Assembly: GCF_006345805.1 (NCBI RefSeq)
Contig: NC_043000.1
Coordinates: forward strand, 81,096,001 to 81,160,000
Source of the DNA: Octopus sinensis
Lineage: Eukaryota
Reading direction: 5' to 3'
Length of the DNA stretch: 64,000 nt
Each line of letters begins with the position of its first letter. Within the stretch, counting starts at the first letter, position 1. Below are positions 61,104 through 64,000 of this stretch, one piece after another. The notes under the pieces are model-generated. The model did no database searches. It was not told the origin of the DNA and was given only the letters and a program-made list of their open reading frames with translations. The position numbers and the translations under genes are program-made.

Positions 61104-61818
61104 AAGGATTTGGCTATTATTTCTAGAAGGTAGAGAAACCACTTAGAGGCATCCACATTGGTTCGTGAAGAATACAACACGGTACAGTTAATGTTATATA
61201 TATAACCCCAGGTTAAGGTTGATAATTGGTTTGTTCAAGCAGACCTATTATCAAAAAAAGGTTCTAGCCATGACCATCACATCGTTTTATTCAAACGTAG
61301 TGCATCTTGGACTACATTGTTCAATGTCGTCCCAGAAAGTCCCAAAGACTGCAGTTTGTCCATAACTAATATTAGGGATTTTTTTGTTGTTGTTATCAGA
61401 TAGTGTTACAAGACATGCAGAAATGACATCATCTGAAAAACTCATCCATTTTAGTTAATATTTCTTCTGATTTATCTCCCTTCGATCACGGACTGTATTT
61501 CGTTCACACAAGAAATCCTTGATGTGGCTATTGTGACCTGCTAGAAATAACAGCGACATCTTCCGTAAAGTACAGGTTGCAGTCTTAACAAATGAAAGAT
61601 ACATTGAATAATGTAGTCTTAGATACACTACGCTTGAATAAAACGTTGTGATGGTCATGGCTAGAACTTTTTTTGATAATAGCTCTGCTTAAACAATCCT
61701 ATTATCAAGCTTGACCTGCAGTTATATAACATTAATGATACAGTACTGTATACTCCCCTAACCAATGTGGAAGCCTCTAGGTGGTCTCTCTACCTTCCAG
61801 AAAGAATAACCAAATCTT
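61104..61818. mobile_element. ~715-bp MITE/foldback with ~250-bp inverted arms
   Basis: GGTTCTAGCCATGACCATCACA.CGTTTTATTCAA pairs with TTGAATAAAACG.TGTGATGGTCATGGCTAGAAC; ends AAGGATTTGG / CCAAATCTT. Confidence 0.85.
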
Positions 61819-62162
61819 CTTCAAATCACTTCCTACTGTCTTAAAATGAGAAACAAATCCATTGATACTTTCAGGTATGATGGTCAGAGGTGGAGTTACT
61901 TAGATGCTTCAACATAACAATTAAGTAAAGTTTTGGAGTCATTTTTGTTTCCGTATTTTATTCATTTATTTAAATATTTTCTGTCATTTAATTAGAACAA
62001 CAAAATTATGGGACAATTTCTGTTTTATTTGATCAATAGATTGATTGATTGTGATAGTTATTGTTGTTGTTGTTTAACCCAAGCTTATGTCGAATTCAGA
62101 AGATCTATGACCATCTTGTCTTTTAATCAGACATTATCTTCTGTGTCCTTAAGACAGTGAAC

Positions 62163-62365
62163 AAGCAGAATCGTTAGCACAGTTGACAAAATGCCTAAAC
62201 AGCATTTCTTCCAGCTTTACATTCTGAGTTCAAATTCTGCTGAGGTTAACTTTGCCTTTCATCCTTTCAAACTCAATAGAATAAGTAACAGTTGAGCACT
62301 GCAGCTGATGTAATCTGTTTACCTCCTTTCCAAAAATTGCAGGCCTTGTGCCTATTGTAGAAAGC
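62163..62365 (+). mobile_element. Meta/MESC-type SINE
   Basis: GCAGAATCGTTAGCAC...CTGAGTTCAAATTC...TTTGCCTTTCATCCTTTC...GGCCTTGTGCCTA. Confidence 0.7.
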
Positions 62366-62779
62366 ACTATCAACTGTGTGTTTCCTCATTCTTAACCAAG
62401 TCAGTCCTAACTTTTGACCAAACATAGTGACATAGTGTATCTAGGACTACATTATCTAAAGAGTCCTTCTTTGTTGGAGCTCAACTCCAGCCAAACTATC
62501 ACCATCCTATCATTTATTTGGACATAATCTATCTAGGACTGCATTATTTTATATATCCTTTTCTTTATTGTTTTTGTTTTCCACAAGACAGTCCTCATCT
62601 GGCAGACCTGTGGTCAAAGGCACTGCTGTGACCATCATGTCTTTTATTCAGACACAGTGTATTCAACACTACATTATAAAATGTGTCCTTCTTTTTCAAA
62701 ACATTAAATGTGAGAGAAAAATTGATTGTTATTTATGGCAATTTAAATGACCAACTAGGAGACCCAATGAATGAGTTTT

Positions 62780-62903
62780 AAACATACATACAAGCATACA
62801 AACATACAAATATACACACATAAATACATACATGCATACATACATACATACATATGTATGTATATGTATATTTGTGCGTGTGTGTGTAGATATATATATA
62901 TAT

Positions 62904-62935
<32 letters not shown>

Positions 62936-62975
62936 GTAGGTAGGTAGGAGGTAGGTAGGTAGGTAGGTAGGTAGG

Positions 62976-63049
<74 letters not shown>

Positions 63050-63090
63050 TTTGTGTGTGTGTATATATAATGATGATGATGATGTTTGAT
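62780..63090. repeat. (CATA)/(GATA)/(GGTA) microsatellite cluster
   Basis: Direct read. Confidence 0.95.
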
Positions 63091-63469
63091 TGATTGTCAT
63101 TTCTGCTATGCAATGTTTATTCTCCCTAGTTGCCATAACAACCTTTTCCTACCTGTTCACCTCTCTCTATCTTCTTTCTATCGATAGACAATATCCACTT
63201 TAGAGGGAGATCGGATATATGTAGAGAGGAGGAGTAAATGGGAGCAGTTAGTGTTTGGAATGTGGAATAAATAAAAAAAATTGGCAATATAACAATTCCA
63301 GTGAGATTTCATCACCACCATCATGATCATCATCATTACCACCACCACTACCATTATCTCTCCCTCAGTATGATCATCATTTCTGTCAGTTTATATCTAC
63401 TATCCTATCACCATTGGCTGTTTGATTGTCTCAGTTACACACACGCACTCATACTTGTAATTTGTATAT

Positions 63470-63836
63470 GGCAAATGTACGTATGTATGTATGTATGTAT
63501 GTATGTATGTATGTATGTATGTATGTATGTATGTATGTATGTATGTATGTGTGTGTGTATATACATGATTATTTGTATATGAATATAATATATACATATA
63601 TAGATGCCCTTACGTCCTACATATGTATTTGTATCCCATCTGCTAGACAGCTCATGTCTATGGTAGTACAGTTTGGGTTTGGTTCTTGTCCCAGGGGATT
63701 TGAGCAGTTTTTCTATGAATATATGCATGAATACACTTGTATATGTATCTATGTGTGTATGTTTGTATGCATGTGTGTATGTATGTTTGTATGCATGTGT
63801 GTATGTGTATGAATGTATGTGTGCATATATATATAG

Positions 63837-63891
<55 letters not shown>

Positions 63892-63960
63892 TACATACAT
63901 ACATGCATATATCTGCACATACATTCATGTGTATTTGTATTTGCAGATATATGCGTATGT
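63470..63960. repeat. (TATG)n/(TA)n low-complexity region
   Basis: Direct read. Confidence 0.9.
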
Positions 63961-64000
63961 TTTTTCCTTTCATACTTACAATGTGACAGGACCTCTTTGA

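Overview
AT-rich, microsatellite-dense animal genomic DNA. The repeat landscape (CORE- and Meta/MESC-type tRNA SINEs, RTE LINEs, TA/CA/GATA/TAA runs) suggests a cephalopod, probably Octopus; this is an inference, not a database result. Only one host exon is confidently identified: a 147-bp phase-0/0 exon at 53968-54114 (+) encoding part of the N-terminal cAMP-binding domain of an Epac2/RAPGEF4-like protein. The rest is apparently intronic or intergenic. It holds a young RTE LINE family (one copy with an intact 544-aa RT ORF, one near full-length copy with an RT-core deletion, and many 3' fragments) plus relics of Tx1/L1, CR1/L2, R4/Dong, Penelope-like, Gypsy, mariner, DD41D, piggyBac and Chapaev-like elements, MITE/foldback hairpins and two tandem duplications. 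The most interesting signals are: hammerhead-ribozyme motifs in short non-coding repeats (27041-27090 minus; 35391-35436 plus, inside a tRNA-headed SINE); a PHD-type zinc finger inserted inside the RTE reverse transcriptase; RTE copies sitting in (TA)n tracts; a stem-loop minisatellite in the RTE 3'UTR; and a possible unidentified antisense spliced transcript near 12.7-13.4 kb. Most short ORFs in the supplied track are microsatellite or antisense artefacts. Repeat boundaries were read by eye and are approximate.
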